Of a stretch of DNA of 64,000 nucleotides, positions 1 through 10,511 are shown piece after piece (within the stretch, counting starts at the first letter, position 1; the number at the start of each line of letters is the position of its first letter). The stretch lies in NCBI GenBank assembly GCA_963729535.1, contig CAVSOL010000017.1, positions 370,837 through 434,836 of the forward strand, given 5' to 3'. A program made the translations under genes and the position numbers. Origin of the DNA: an uncultured Pseudomonadota bacterium (lineage in GTDB: Bacteria > Myxococcota_A > Polyangia > Fen-1088). The notes beneath the pieces are model-generated. The model was not told the origin of the DNA and searched no databases. It saw nothing but the letters and a program-made list of their open reading frames with translations.

Positions 1-551
1 GGGCGCGTGGCTTCGGCTGGGCGATCATGGCCGGCGGCGGCTACCAGGACTTCACCGATAGCACCATGCGCTCGGTGACCAACGGTGGCGCGACCTGGGA
101 CGCGCGCATCGTCGGCGGTACGCACTCGATCATCGGCTTCGAAGCCGCGTACGTGGGTTCTGCTCGCCAGGTGGCGGGTCTGGGCGCCGTCACCAGCAAT
201 CCAGCGCTGGTGTCGAACGGCGTCGAGGGTAACCTGCGACTCAACGCCCCGATCAGGAGCGGTGCTTCGCTGTTCGAGCCGTACGTCTATGGCGGCGTCG
301 GATACCAGAACGTGTCGGTCTCGAACTACAGCGCGAACTCAGCGGCGCTGTCGTCGACCTTCCAGTCGAGCGACGACGTGATGACCGTTCCCGCCGGCGG
401 TGGGTTCGCCTATGCGTACAAGGCGTTCATCGCCGACGTGCGTGGCGGTTGGACGGCCACCTTCCGTAACGACCTGCTGACGAACGACTTGAACCAGAGC
501 GGCAGGTTGAACCACTGGAACTTCGGTGGTCAGGCCGGCTTCATGTTCTAG
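1..551 (+). CDS. Outer-membrane beta-barrel protein (OmpA-like/porin-family), 5'-truncated by the window edge
   Basis: Frame is open from the window start. Alternating beta-strand pattern (FEPYVYGGVGY, FIADVRGGW) and C-terminal aromatic residue (GQAGFMF). Confidence 0.7.
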   Translation, partial: ARGFGWAIMAGGGYQDFTDSTMRSVTNGGATWDARIVGGTHSIIGFEAAYVGSARQVAGLGAVTSNPALVSNGVEGNLRLNAPIRSGASLFEPYVYGGVGYQNVSVSNYSANSAALSSTFQSSDDVMTVPAGGGFAYAYKAFIADVRGGWTATFRNDLLTNDLNQSGRLNHWNFGGQAGFMF

Positions 552-582
552 GGGCGCGGCTAGAAAAATAGACTGTCAATCG

Positions 583-620
583 CCGGCGGCTCGCCTCACG
601 AGGTGGGCCGCCGGTCTTTT
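583..620 (+). terminator. Rho-independent terminator
   Basis: Stem CCGGCGGCTCGCCT/AGGTGGGCCGCCGG followed by TCTTTT, between convergent genes. Confidence 0.7.
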
Positions 621-629
621 CGTGTCCGG

Positions 630-1058
630 TCAGCGCATGCCCCAAGCGGCGTTGCCGTCGTACACGACTGGCGCTCGTGCGCCAGCACGCTGGCCGTCGC
701 GTCGCGCGGCGAGCTCCTGGGCGCTGGCGCCCAGCTCCCGGCAGGACGCCTCCACCTCCGTCGCGCGGCCGCCGTAGTAGCTGACCCTGTCGTCGAACAT
801 CTCGGCGTAGGCGTCGAGCTGCCGGCACTCGACGGCGGTCACCTCGGCATCTTGCCCGGCGGCGACCTGGCGTTGAAACACACCCCAGCAGTCGGCCGCC
901 GTGGCCTTGGTTCGTTCCGCGCTGTCGAACATCGACTGCGCCGCCTGCACTTCGACCAGTTGCCGATCCAGGCAGCTGAGGTGGTTCTCGCGCGCCTTGC
1001 GAACTTCGCCGCTGGTCACGCAGCCCACCAATAGCAACGTGGCGCCCGTCCACCGCAT
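630..1058 (-). CDS. Hypothetical lipoprotein
   Basis: MRWTGATLLLVGC lipobox followed by a Cys-containing helical body. Confidence 0.55.
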   Translation of the reverse strand: MRWTGATLLLVGCVTSGEVRKARENHLSCLDRQLVEVQAAQSMFDSAERTKATAADCWGVFQRQVAAGQDAEVTAVECRQLDAYAEMFDDRVSYYGGRATEVEASCRELGASAQELAARRDGQRAGARAPVVYDGNAAWGMR

Positions 1059-1093
1059 CGCCTCAAGCGTGACACGGGTGGTAGGTTTCGGCC

Positions 1094-1708
1094 ATCGCAC
1101 CCGTCGTTCCCAATCCTGCCCGCATCAAGACCTTCGCCAGCGGCGCCGCGTTCGAGCGCTGGCTAGGGGTGCACCATGATCGCGAGCCCGAGGTGTGGAT
1201 AAAGATCCACAAGAAGGCTTCGGGGCTCACGTCGGTGACGCCCGCGGAAGCGCTCGACGTCGTGTTGTGCTGGGGCTGGATCGACGGCATCAGGAAGGCG
1301 TTCGACGAGCGGTCTTTCCTGCAGCGCTACACGCCGCGCGGGCGGAAGAGCGTCTGGAGCCAGATCAACCGCGAGCACGTCGCCCGCCTGGTCGCCGCCG
1401 GCCGCATGACGCCGCACGGCCAGCGCCAGGTCGACGCGGCCAGGGCCGATGGACGCTGGGACGCCGCGTACGCTCCCGTTCGTGCCACGACCGCGTCGAC
1501 CGTCCCCGCTGATCTGCGCGCCGCCATCGACGCGAACCCGCGCGCGAAGCGGACCTTCGACACGCTCAGCAAGCAGGACCTGTTCAGGCTCGCCTTCCGC
1601 ACCAACGCGATGAAGACGCCCGCCGGTCGCGCGAAGAAGATCGCGACGCTGGTCGCCATGCTGGCGCGCGGCGGGACGATTTTCCCGAGCGCCCCGCGCC
1701 GACGCTGA
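1094..1708 (+). CDS. YdeI/OmpD-associated family protein
   Basis: Motifs EALDVVLCWGWIDG, QRYTPR, WSQINR and VPADLRAAID. Family-like sequence extends upstream to an ATC at 1094. Confidence 0.85.
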   Translation: MAPVVPNPARIKTFASGAAFERWLGVHHDREPEVWIKIHKKASGLTSVTPAEALDVVLCWGWIDGIRKAFDERSFLQRYTPRGRKSVWSQINREHVARLVAAGRMTPHGQRQVDAARADGRWDAAYAPVRATTASTVPADLRAAIDANPRAKRTFDTLSKQDLFRLAFRTNAMKTPAGRAKKIATLVAMLARGGTIFPSAPRRR

Positions 1709-1787
1709 TCGCAACGCGGCAGGCGGGGCAGAAGCCAATGTTTGCCGTGGATGAGCCGGATGCGCCTGTCCGGGGCATCTTGGTCAC

Positions 1788-2762
1788 ATGGGGGCCTTGG
1801 GGATTGGCGTGGGCTCGGCGACGGTGCCACGCGCGCGGGCAACGACAGCGCCGCGACTCGCTCGAGCAAGCTTGGTGCTCGCGATCACCTCGATTGCGTG
1901 CAGTGGCGCTGCCGGGGCGATCGGCGCTGCGGGCACCACCGGTACGGCGGGACGCGGTGGCGGGATGGGCGCCGCCGGCGCGGTGGATGCCGGCGCCGGT
2001 CAGGGCGGTGTCGTCGCCGGCGGCTCGGGTGCCGGTGGGATGGCGGGCGCCCGCGTCCCTCTGCCTGCGGACATCGCTGCGCCGCTCGCCACCACAGACG
2101 TGGTCATCGACGCCACGACGGGCGCCGATCTCTTTGCCCTGACGCGAGCCATCGGCTTCGCGGAAGGCTATGCCCAGTGCACCTGCCTCGCGCCGCAGCT
2201 GCCGGTCAGCTCGCTCGATAGTTGCGCCATGGTGGAGTCGGGATTCGCCGTGCTGTTCGAGGCGGCGAAGGCGCGCTGCATCCTCGAACGGTCGCGCGCG
2301 ATACCGGCGTTCGATGCGTATCTCCAGTGCCGGGTGAAGCTCATTCGCGAGCTAGGGCGGTACTACGCGGAATGCAGCATTGACCAGGATCGCTCGGGGT
2401 TCAGCGGGCCGTGCACGGCCCCCGCCGGCGCGGAAGATCTGCTCTTGGGCGGCGTTTGTGACAGGGCCTTCTATTGTGCCGACGGGACGTTCAATCTGAC
2501 TGGCCGCTGCGATTTCAATTGGGACTGCGCCGACCGCGCCGACGAGCGCGGTTGCCCTGCTTTCATCTGCGGCGACGAGCTCATCGATCGAGAGCTGGTG
2601 TGTTTCGCGGCGGCCTGTCCCGTCGTCTTCGACCCTCCGCTCTGCGTGCCCAATGAACCGTTTCGCTTCGCTTGCGGCGACGGCAGCCAGGTCCATGTCG
2701 GCTCCCTGTGCGACGGCGACGAAGATTGCGCGACCGGTAGAGACGAGGCGTACTGCCCCTGA
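1788..2762 (+). CDS. Cys-rich lipoprotein with LDL-receptor class A repeats
   Basis: Lipobox SIAC and Gly-rich linker. Two LDLa-like motifs: CADG..CDFNWDCADRADERGC and CGDG..CDGDEDCATGRDEAYC. Confidence 0.7.
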   Translation: MGALGIGVGSATVPRARATTAPRLARASLVLAITSIACSGAAGAIGAAGTTGTAGRGGGMGAAGAVDAGAGQGGVVAGGSGAGGMAGARVPLPADIAAPLATTDVVIDATTGADLFALTRAIGFAEGYAQCTCLAPQLPVSSLDSCAMVESGFAVLFEAAKARCILERSRAIPAFDAYLQCRVKLIRELGRYYAECSIDQDRSGFSGPCTAPAGAEDLLLGGVCDRAFYCADGTFNLTGRCDFNWDCADRADERGCPAFICGDELIDRELVCFAAACPVVFDPPLCVPNEPFRFACGDGSQVHVGSLCDGDEDCATGRDEAYCP

Positions 2763-2847
2763 GTCAGGGACGTGGCTGCCGGCAAAGTCGCGACAGGTTC
2801 GAGCGCGGATTTCGTGATCGTCCGGCGGGCCTTCCCGCATAGAGGGC

Positions 2848-4068
2848 ATGCGATCTGTACGCGCGCGTGGACTGTGCTTGCGAACACTGGGCCTCGTTGC
2901 CCTCGTGGTGGTCGCGGCCTGCGCTCCTGATCCGGGTTCCAGCCCGTCGGGAAACACCGGTGGTTCGGGGGGGACGTCGGCGTCGGGTGACGCGTCGGGC
3001 GCGGGTGGCTCGGGCGATGCGTCGGTGAATGGCGGGTCAGGCGGTGCGCCGGCGACGGGTGGGAGCGGCGGCGCGGCGGCAACCGGCGGTGCCACCCCCG
3101 CGACTGGCGGTGCAGCCGGGACGAGCGGGTCTGCGGGCGCTGGCGGCGCGTCGTCGATGGCGGGCGCTGGCGGCGCGTCGTCGATGGCGGGTGCTGGTGG
3201 AACCGCGGCTACGGGCGGCGCAGCGGGTAGGGGCGGCGCGGCGGGCAGGGGGGGCGCGGGCGGCGCGGCAGGCAGGGGCGGCGCCGGCGGCGGGGGAGGG
3301 TCCGCGGGCGCGGCCGGCGCCGGAGGGGGCGGCGGCCCGATGACCTGCAACACTGCCGGCGCGGCCACCGCGAAGACGCCGACCGTCTACGTCATCGGTG
3401 ACTCGACCGCCTCGGTGTACGGGAGCGACGTCTACCCGCGCATGGGCTGGGCGCAGCCGCTGCAGGACTACTTCGCGCCTGCCTGCGCGACCATTCAAGA
3501 CAAGGCGCTGTCAGGCCGCAGCTCGAAGAGCTTCTACGACGAGGGTGCCTGGACGCCCATTCGCGCCGCGCTTCGCGCCGGGGACATGGTGCTGATCCAG
3601 TTCGGCCACAACGACGAGAAGGCCGACGACGCGACCCGATACACCGATCCATTCACCACCTTCGAGCAGTACCTGTCGATCTACATCGACGACGCGATCG
3701 CAAAGGGCGCGACGCCCATACTGATCACACCCATCAACCGCAACAACTGGAGCAACGGCACCGTCCGCGACACCCACGGGAACTACCCGGTGGCGATGCG
3801 GCAGCTCGCCCAGGCCAAGCGGATCTCTCTGGTGGACGCGACGGCGCTGACGAAGACCACCTTCGAGCGAATCGGCCAGACCGCGACGACGGCGTGGTTC
3901 ATGGACCTCGCGCCCGGACAGTTTCCCAACTATCCGAACGGCAACGACGACAACACGCACCTGCAAGAGAAGGGCGCGCGCGCGATCGCGCAGCTCACGC
4001 TGGCGGACATGTACAGGCAGGCGTTGCCGCTCGCCTATTTGCTGAAGGCCGTGCCGCAGGCGCCCTGA
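2848..4068 (+). CDS. Rhamnogalacturonan acetylesterase-like SGNH hydrolase (CE12-like) lipoprotein
   Basis: Lipobox VAAC and long Gly linker. SGNH blocks GDSTAS, GWAQ, SGRSSKSF, QFGHND and DNTH. Confidence 0.88.
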   Translation: MRSVRARGLCLRTLGLVALVVVAACAPDPGSSPSGNTGGSGGTSASGDASGAGGSGDASVNGGSGGAPATGGSGGAAATGGATPATGGAAGTSGSAGAGGASSMAGAGGASSMAGAGGTAATGGAAGRGGAAGRGGAGGAAGRGGAGGGGGSAGAAGAGGGGGPMTCNTAGAATAKTPTVYVIGDSTASVYGSDVYPRMGWAQPLQDYFAPACATIQDKALSGRSSKSFYDEGAWTPIRAALRAGDMVLIQFGHNDEKADDATRYTDPFTTFEQYLSIYIDDAIAKGATPILITPINRNNWSNGTVRDTHGNYPVAMRQLAQAKRISLVDATALTKTTFERIGQTATTAWFMDLAPGQFPNYPNGNDDNTHLQEKGARAIAQLTLADMYRQALPLAYLLKAVPQAP

Positions 4069-4220
4069 TCGCGCACCTCTTTATTTCGACTTGGTCAACG
4101 CGCGCCGCCCGCATCGCGAACCGGCAAAGAAGCGCTGCACGCGACGGCAAACAAAGGCTTCATTATGTAAGCCAATGAGGCTTCACGAGTGAGCGCCGAA
4201 AGAGTACCTTCGCGCGCATC

Positions 4221-5527
4221 GTGTCCAACCTGATCATCTCAAATACTCGTCGTCGTTATCTTTCGTCGTTCGTCCTTCTGATGTCGCTGACCATCGCGGC
4301 CTGCGATGACGGAGGCGGCGGTGGCACCGACGGCGGCGCGGGCCGCGGCGGACGCGGTGGATCCGGCGGAGCGGCGGGCAGGGGGGGCGTTGGCGGTGCG
4401 GCCGGTGCCGCGGGCAGGGGCGGCTCGGGGCCGGACGGCGGCGCGGGCGTCGGCGGGAGTGCGGCTGGTGTCGACGGTAGCGCGGGTGCAGCTGGCGCTG
4501 CGGGTGCAGCGGGTGCTGCAGGCGCGACCGGTGCAGCAGGCGCGGCCGGTGCCGCAGGCGCCGCGGGTGCCGCGGGTGCCGCGGGCGCAGCGGGTGCCGC
4601 AGGTGCGGCGGGCGCGGCGGGCGCAGCAGGCACTGGCGCCGCAGGCACTGGTGCAGCAGGCACTGGCGCCGCAGGCACTGGCGCAGCAGGCACGGGCGCC
4701 GCAGGCATGGCGCCGCAGGCGCAGCTGGTGCCGCAGGCACTGGTGCCGCAGGTGCCGCAGGCGCTGCCGGCGCCGCAGGAACCACAGGTGTCGCGGGTGC
4801 AGCTGGTGCCGCAGGCGCAGCCGGTGCGGCGGGTGCAGCAGGCGCCGCAGGCGCAGCTGGTGCCGCAGGCGCAGCCGGTGCCGCTGGTGCAGCCGGTGCG
4901 GGCGGCGGCGGTTCCGGAGGCAGCGGCACCGCGGGCGCCGCTGGTGCGGCGGGCGCCGGAGGCGTGTGCGGCGCGCTGGTCGTCGCTAGCCCGGCGTCTC
5001 TCAACGCCGGCATCCCAGACGACGGCTACGACGGCACGCTGACCTCGACCTCGATGCGCTGCGTGGATCTCGTCGTTGCCGCGGGCGACTGCGCGAGTGC
5101 CATCGTGGCCGTGACGGTTACCGCCGACATCACTCACGCTTGGGTCGGCGACCTCACCATGAAGCTGGTTCACCCGGACACGACGGTTGTGACGCTGATG
5201 AGCCTCCCCGGATTTGCCGAGTCGGCCGACGACGGCGAGAGCTCATCCGGCCCGGGTGCGAACCTCGCTGCCGGCTACCCGATCACGTTTGCGACGGGCG
5301 CGCCGACCAGCGCCGAGGCGATCGGCAGCACGCTCAACAACACACAAGACGTTTGCAGGGAGGACCTCCGGTGCAGCTATGCGCCCAACGCGGGCGCCGC
5401 CGGCGGCCCCAACCTGACGGGGCTCAACGGCAAGTCCGCCACCGGCACCTGGAAGTTCTGCGTTGGTGACAGCGGCACCCGTGACACCGGCAGGATCAAC
5501 CAGGTCACGCTCACCATCACCCGCTAG
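4221..5527 (+). CDS. Gly/Ala-repeat lipoprotein with C-terminal proprotein-convertase P-domain (frameshift near 4707)
   Basis: Lipobox IAAC. C-terminal ITHAWVGDL..LVHPD and GTWKFCVGD..DTGRINQVTLTI motifs lie in a second frame. Confidence 0.75.
4480..4945 (+). repeat. Coding tandem repeats (9-bp AGA and 15-bp GTGAA units)
   Basis: Many consecutive GCNGGNGCN and GGCACTGGCGCCGCA-like units. Confidence 0.85.
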
Positions 5528-5549
5528 CCGGGACGCGCACCGACAGACT

Positions 5550-7198
5550 TCAGCGGCAGCAGGCGGTCTGCGGCCCGGTGGGCGTCAGCGATCCGCTGGA
5601 CGTGTTCTGCGGCGCGCAGGTGGGCGCCGTCGGCGCACCCGTGAACACGATCGACGGCCTGTACAGGGTGTTGGGGGCCGCGCACGCGTGCTCGCCGCTC
5701 GCCAGCTGCGCGAACCTGGACGCGACGTCGCACGTCGAGGTCGTGGAGACGGACAGCCGGACGTTGGCGCAGCTCGCGCCGGAGGGTTGCTCGCACGAGC
5801 ACGGGTTGCACGCGAAGTTCCCCGTGTAGCCGGTGTACCAGTCGCTCCGCTGCGTGCCTGCCGGGCAGGCGGCGCTCCCCGCGGCCAGCACGCAGCGCTG
5901 CGGGTTGTTGGTGATGGCGGGGAGGCAGACGGAGCCGGTGCCGCAGCCGCCGCCCCGCAGCGTCGTCGCGCAGAACCGGGTGGTCGCCGCCCACGTCGGC
6001 GTCGCCGCGGTCGCCGTGCCGGTCGCGGTGCACCCCGCGTACATCGGCGTGATCGTTCCCACGGCCACGCCGAACACGTAGCCATTGGGGTCGAACGCGT
6101 GCCAGTTGGGGAGGGAGCAGGAAAACGACGTGGAGTACGACCCCACCAACTGCACGCTCGGTCGTGTTGGCCATGCACGACGGCGTAGGTCGGGTAGTCG
6201 TAGAAGGGGGCCACGCAGCTCACCTGCGGCGGCGCGCAGCCGCACCCCGAGCACTGCGGCCTGCACCGGGCCGCGGTTGATGGTCGTCGCCGTGGTGTAT
6301 TCGGCGGGCAGGGCGTCTGCGCGTCCGGCATGAAGACGCCGAGCTGTCCCATGCGTCGGATCCAGCGCCACGCACGTGGCGACGGCATTGCAGTCGGTGT
6401 CCATGCAGTCGACGTTGCCGTCGCAGTCGTCGTCGAGGTAGTTGAAGCAGGATCTCGGCTCCGGTCGCCGTGCAGCCGCCGCCCGCTCCGCCGCGGCCGC
6501 TCGCGCCGCTGCCTGCCGCCGCGGCCGCTCGCGCCCGCGACGCCCGTGCTGCCGCCGCGCGCCCCCGCGCCGCGCGCCGCCGTGCCGGCGACGCCCGTAC
6601 CCGCGACGCCGCCGTTCCGGCCGTGCCGCCGCTTCCGCCGACAGCGCTGCCGCCGCGTGCCGACGCCGCACCGCGCCGCCACTGCCCGCGACGCCGCCGG
6701 TGCCCGCGCCGCGCCACTGCTGCCTGACGTTCCGCCGGTGCCCGTGCCGGCCGCGCCGCCGCTTCCACCCGCCGTGCCGCCGCGCACCGCCCGCGCCGCC
6801 GTCCGCCGCGCCGAAGCTCACGTCGGCGGCGGCACATTCGCCCGCCAGCGTCGACGCTCACGTTGCGCGTCGCCAGCGTGCCGCTCGCACCTTCCAGCCG
6901 GACCACCACGTTGCGCGCGCTTGCCCGCCGGATAGGTGTCGAAGTTCACCTGGACGCCGCCGCTATCCGCCGCCGGCGGCCGCACGTCGAAGGTCATCGC
7001 GCGCGTCGCCTCGCCGGTCACCATCACCTCGACGTAGACGCGCTCGACGCCGCTGTAGGGGGCGAAATCCACGTGCAGGAACAGCGTCCCGGGCCGGCAG
7101 TCGTGCGCCCGCGAGCACGCGCCGACGGCGGCGGCACCTACCGCCAGCGCCAGCAGCGCCGTTCGCAGGTTCTTGCCACGCTGGACACGCCCGAGCAT
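5550..7198 (-). CDS. Cys-rich surface lipoprotein (DDDCDG metal-binding-like motif), multiple frameshifts
   Basis: Signal LLALAVGAAAVGAC, Gly linker, CFNYLDDDCDGNVDCMDTDC and a Cys-rich C-terminus, spread over several frames. Confidence 0.65.
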
Positions 7199-7201
7199 CC
7201 G

Positions 7202-7873
7202 CTAGTCCACCGTCCCCAGCGTCGCTTCGGGGTAGGTGTCCTTGCGCGTGGCGAGCAGGATCGCGACCGTGCCGCCGACGACCGCCGCGCCCACCGCGAC
7301 CCAGAACCATGGCCGCCGCACCAGCGACGGGCTCGCCTCATCGCGCGCTGGGGGCGCCTGCTGTTCGAGCAGCGCCGGCGATTGTCCCGGCTGCGGCGGC
7401 GGCGCGCTCAGGCTCGACACCCGGTGGTGGTGCGGGCGCCAGGTCCGCCGACGGCGCGCCCGTCGCGCTATCCGCGGGCGTCGACGTCGGCGCGGGGGCC
7501 ACGCCGGGCTTGCCGTTTCGGCGATGGCCTTCTCCAGCGCCGCCGCGTGATTCCGCGCGTCCTCCGTACGCGGGTTGTCACCGTAGAGGCGCACGAAGTT
7601 GCGGTAGAGCTGCAGCGCGCGCTGCTGGTTGCCGGCCATGCGGTACGCCTGCGCGGCGTTGTAGAGCAGCGCCGCGTCGGGATGCAGCTTGAACGACCCC
7701 TCGTACTTCTCGGCCGCCTCCGCGTAGTTCCCGACCCCGAACGCCGCGGTCGCCTCGTCGTACAGCCTGCGCGCCTCGGTCTTCTTCTCCTCCGCCGCGC
7801 CGGCCGAGCGCACCAGCGCAAGCACCATCGCCGCGACCAAGATGAGACTCCGCGGGTGGCAGGCGCTACGCAT
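7202..7873 (-). CDS. Tetratricopeptide-repeat protein with C-terminal membrane segment
   Basis: Signal peptide. TPR EARRLYDEA..NYAEAAEKYE..LLYNAAQAYR and C-terminal RRPWFWVAVGAAVVGG, typical of myxobacterial TPR proteins. Confidence 0.8.
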   Translation of the reverse strand: MRSACHPRSLILVAAMVLALVRSAGAAEEKKTEARRLYDEATAAFGVGNYAEAAEKYEGSFKLHPDAALLYNAAQAYRMAGNQQRALQLYRNFVRLYGDNPRTEDARNHAAALEKAIAETASPAWPPRRRRRPRIARRARRRRTWRPHHHRVSSLSAPPPQPGQSPALLEQQAPPARDEASPSLVRRPWFWVAVGAAVVGGTVAILLATRKDTYPEATLGTVD

Positions 7874-7926
7874 CCGGCGCGCGATCGTATCACCTGTGCG
7901 CGCCGCAGCGAAACAACGAAAGCCCG

Positions 7927-8370
7927 CTAGGCGCGGTTCAGGCGGCGTCCGAAACCGATCACCAGCGCGTCTTCGAGCAAGCCGGCGGCGGCGTTCGCGC
8001 GCGCTCCGCCGCCGAGGGCACGGGTCAGCGCGGCGCGCAGGCGGATGGACACGAACGCAGCCGCGACGGCGACGCCCGCGCCGACCAGCGCGGCGGCGAT
8101 CCGACCGCGGCCACGGCGCGTGAGCGTCGCGGCGACGAACGCGCCGCTGATCGCGCGCGCCACCAGCCCGGGCGGGTCCGTCCGGTTTCGCATGCGGGGC
8201 AACTTGTCGCACACCAGCTCGGCGGTGACCGCCAGCCCCGCCAGCCGCCGCACGCCCACGCCGCGCACCGGCCCGGCCGCGAACGCCGGTCCCGCGGAGC
8301 AGCGCAGCCCCGAGGTCGCGGCGAGTCCCAGGATCCTGGCCCAACGGTCGAGTCGCAGCGACTCATGCAT
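7927..8370 (-). CDS. DUF4126-like membrane protein
   Basis: Motifs GLR..GP, ELVCDKLP..RT.PPGL..R and AGLLEDAL. Confidence 0.7.
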   Translation of the reverse strand: MHESLRLDRWARILGLAATSGLRCSAGPAFAAGPVRGVGVRRLAGLAVTAELVCDKLPRMRNRTDPPGLVARAISGAFVAATLTRRGRGRIAAALVGAGVAVAAAFVSIRLRAALTRALGGGARANAAAGLLEDALVIGFGRRLNRA

Positions 8371-8800
8371 GATCGTCGCCTCCTGGCTGAAAGGTGGTCA
8401 CGGGCCGTCGCCTGCGCCAACCCCAAGACGAGGCCAGGGCGACAACGACGAACGTCGGACCAAAGACGAGCAGCGCGCCTGTACTGTCTGGCAGCCAATA
8501 GTCGATGTGTTGCGACAGATCGACACACGTGATTCGGCTGGTCAGGAATTCATGCGTGCTGATCGCCGCGACCACATGCCCAACGGCCAGCGCCAAAGTT
8601 GTCCGTGACATCGAACGCATGGGTCGCAGGGCGATGGCTCCCGCACCGACGGCCACGATGAACAGCAAGACCGTGTGATGCCTCCATCCCGCGACTTCGA
8701 AGTCAGCGAAGATCTGGGTCTGATAGTCGATGAATGCAGCGCAGCCGCCGAGGGCGGCCGTTGCCAACCAGATAGCCGCACCACGGACGACAGCTTCCAC
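8363..8800 (-). CDS. Hypothetical membrane protein
   Basis: About 4 hydrophobic segments; its stop overlaps the start of the next gene. Confidence 0.5.
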   Translation of the reverse strand: MEAVVRGAAIWLATAALGGCAAFIDYQTQIFADFEVAGWRHHTVLLFIVAVGAGAIALRPMRSMSRTTLALAVGHVVAAISTHEFLTSRITCVDLSQHIDYWLPDSTGALLVFGPTFVVVALASSWGWRRRRPVTTFQPGGDDHA

Positions 8801-8832
8801 GCGCTCGAGACCAGCAACGGACGTGCCAGCTG

Positions 8833-9327
8833 CTAGGCCGGCGCGTGCAGGCGCTTGACGATCGCCAGCGATTCGTCGATGTGCGCGCGCATCCGGATCA
8901 TCGACGAGAACACGTGGCGGACGATGCCGTCGCGATCGATCACGAACGTGGTGCGGTCGGGAATCAGGCCGAGCTTCTTGGTCACGCCGTAGCGCGCGTG
9001 CGTCTCGCCGGTCGTGTCGCTGAGCAGCATGAACGGCAGGTTGTGCTTGGCCGCGAAGCGGGCGTGCGACGCCTCGTCGTCGCGGCTGATGCCGACGACC
9101 TGCGCTCCGGCTTCGGTGAACGAATCGAGCTCGTCGCGGAATTCACAGGCCTCCATGGTGCAGCCGGGCGTCTGATCCTTTGGATAGAAGTAGAGGACGA
9201 CAGCGCCGCCGCGGAGCAACTCGGCCAGGCTGACGGAGCGACCGCCCGGCCCAGGCAGCGTGAAGTCGGGCGCGGGCGCGCCGATGGTGGGGCTGTGCAG
9301 CGCGCTGGCCACCCATGTCCTAAGCAT
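8833..9327 (-). CDS. bcp: Peroxiredoxin, BCP/PrxQ family
   Basis: APDFTL, VVLYFYPKDQTPGCTMEAC, VVGIS.D and RTTFVID. Confidence 0.92.
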   Translation of the reverse strand: MLRTWVASALHSPTIGAPAPDFTLPGPGGRSVSLAELLRGGAVVLYFYPKDQTPGCTMEACEFRDELDSFTEAGAQVVGISRDDEASHARFAAKHNLPFMLLSDTTGETHARYGVTKKLGLIPDRTTFVIDRDGIVRHVFSSMIRMRAHIDESLAIVKRLHAPA

Positions 9328-9364
9328 ACGACTCGCCGGTGACAGGGGTAAGCCCTGTCGACCG

Positions 9365-9697
9365 CTAGAGTTCGCGTCGCCGCAGCAGGTAGCAGGCTTG
9401 GTGAACGGCAAAGATCAGTGCCAGAGCACTCGCGATCGCACACATGATTGCCATGTCCCACGCGTCGAACTGGACGTATGCCAGCGCGATGACCATCGCC
9501 GCCAACGCGCACACGGCGCTGGCGATGCACGCCGCGGCGCTGCGATACCAGCCCGAGATGAGCCCCCACGCCAGGAACGTCGCGCCCCACATGCCGAAGA
9601 ACCACGCGATCAACAGGCCATACCCGGACCCCTCGCGCCAGAAGAACAGCGCGATGGCGATCAAGGCGCAGCCAAACCCCACCAGCAGCGACGGCAC
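9365..9697 (-). CDS. Small hypothetical membrane protein
   Basis: Four short hydrophobic helices. Confidence 0.5.
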   Translation of the reverse strand: MPSLLVGFGCALIAIALFFWREGSGYGLLIAWFFGMWGATFLAWGLISGWYRSAAACIASAVCALAAMVIALAYVQFDAWDMAIMCAIASALALIFAVHQACYLLRRREL

Positions 9698-9798
9698 GCT
9701 GCCATTGTGCCATCCCCGGGCGGGAACCGACCCCGCGTCAGCGCGAGCGTCCGCCTGATCGCGGCCGTAAGATCAGCCATCGCCGCGCGAGCCCCGCC

Positions 9799-10436
9799 AT
9801 GGCCCCCTTCGCCCCAGAGCCCGTCCCCCACGGGGGCCTGCACGCCGCCGCCACCGAGCGTAACCGCGAGCCAATCCTCGAGGTGCTGCGTCGGGTCTTG
9901 CCGGAGACGGCCTCGTCCTCGAGATCGCGAGCGGCACCGGTCAGCACGTGGCGTTCTTCGCGCGCGCGCTGCCGGCCCTGCGCTGGCAGCCCTCGGATGC
10001 GTACGCGCGCGCACCTGGACAGCATCCGCGCCTGGAGCGCCGCATCCGGCGCCGACAACATCGCGCCGCCCTGACGCTCGACGTCGAGCGCCAGCCCTGG
10101 CCGGTCACCCACGCCGACGCGATCCTGAACATCAACATGATCCACATCGCGCCGTGGTCGGCGACCGGGGCGCTGTTCGAAGGCGCCGCGCGCATCCTGG
10201 CCCCGGGCGGCGTGCTCTTCCTCTACGGGCCGTTCACGCGCGACGGCCAGCACACGGCGGAGAGCAACCAGCGCTTCGACGAGCGGTTGCGCGGCGAGGA
10301 CCCGCGCTGGGGCGTGCGCGACCTGGCCGACGTCGAGCGCGTCGCGAACGCCGCCGGTTTCCTCTCGAGCGAGGTCGTCCCGATGCCGGCGAACAACCTC
10401 TCGCTCGTGTTCCGACGGAGCGCTGCGCCCGGGTAG
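9799..10436 (+). CDS. DUF938 family SAM-dependent methyltransferase (frameshifted)
   Basis: AATERNREPILEVL, (L)EIASGTGQH, WQPSD, INMIHIAPW, LYGPF, SNQRFD and MPANN spread across frames. Confidence 0.85.
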
Positions 10437-10511
10437 GCGCAGCGCCATGTCGATCTGACCGTTCACATCCCCGCCGCGACCGTTCGCCCGGGTTTCGGCG
10501 CGCGCCCGGCG

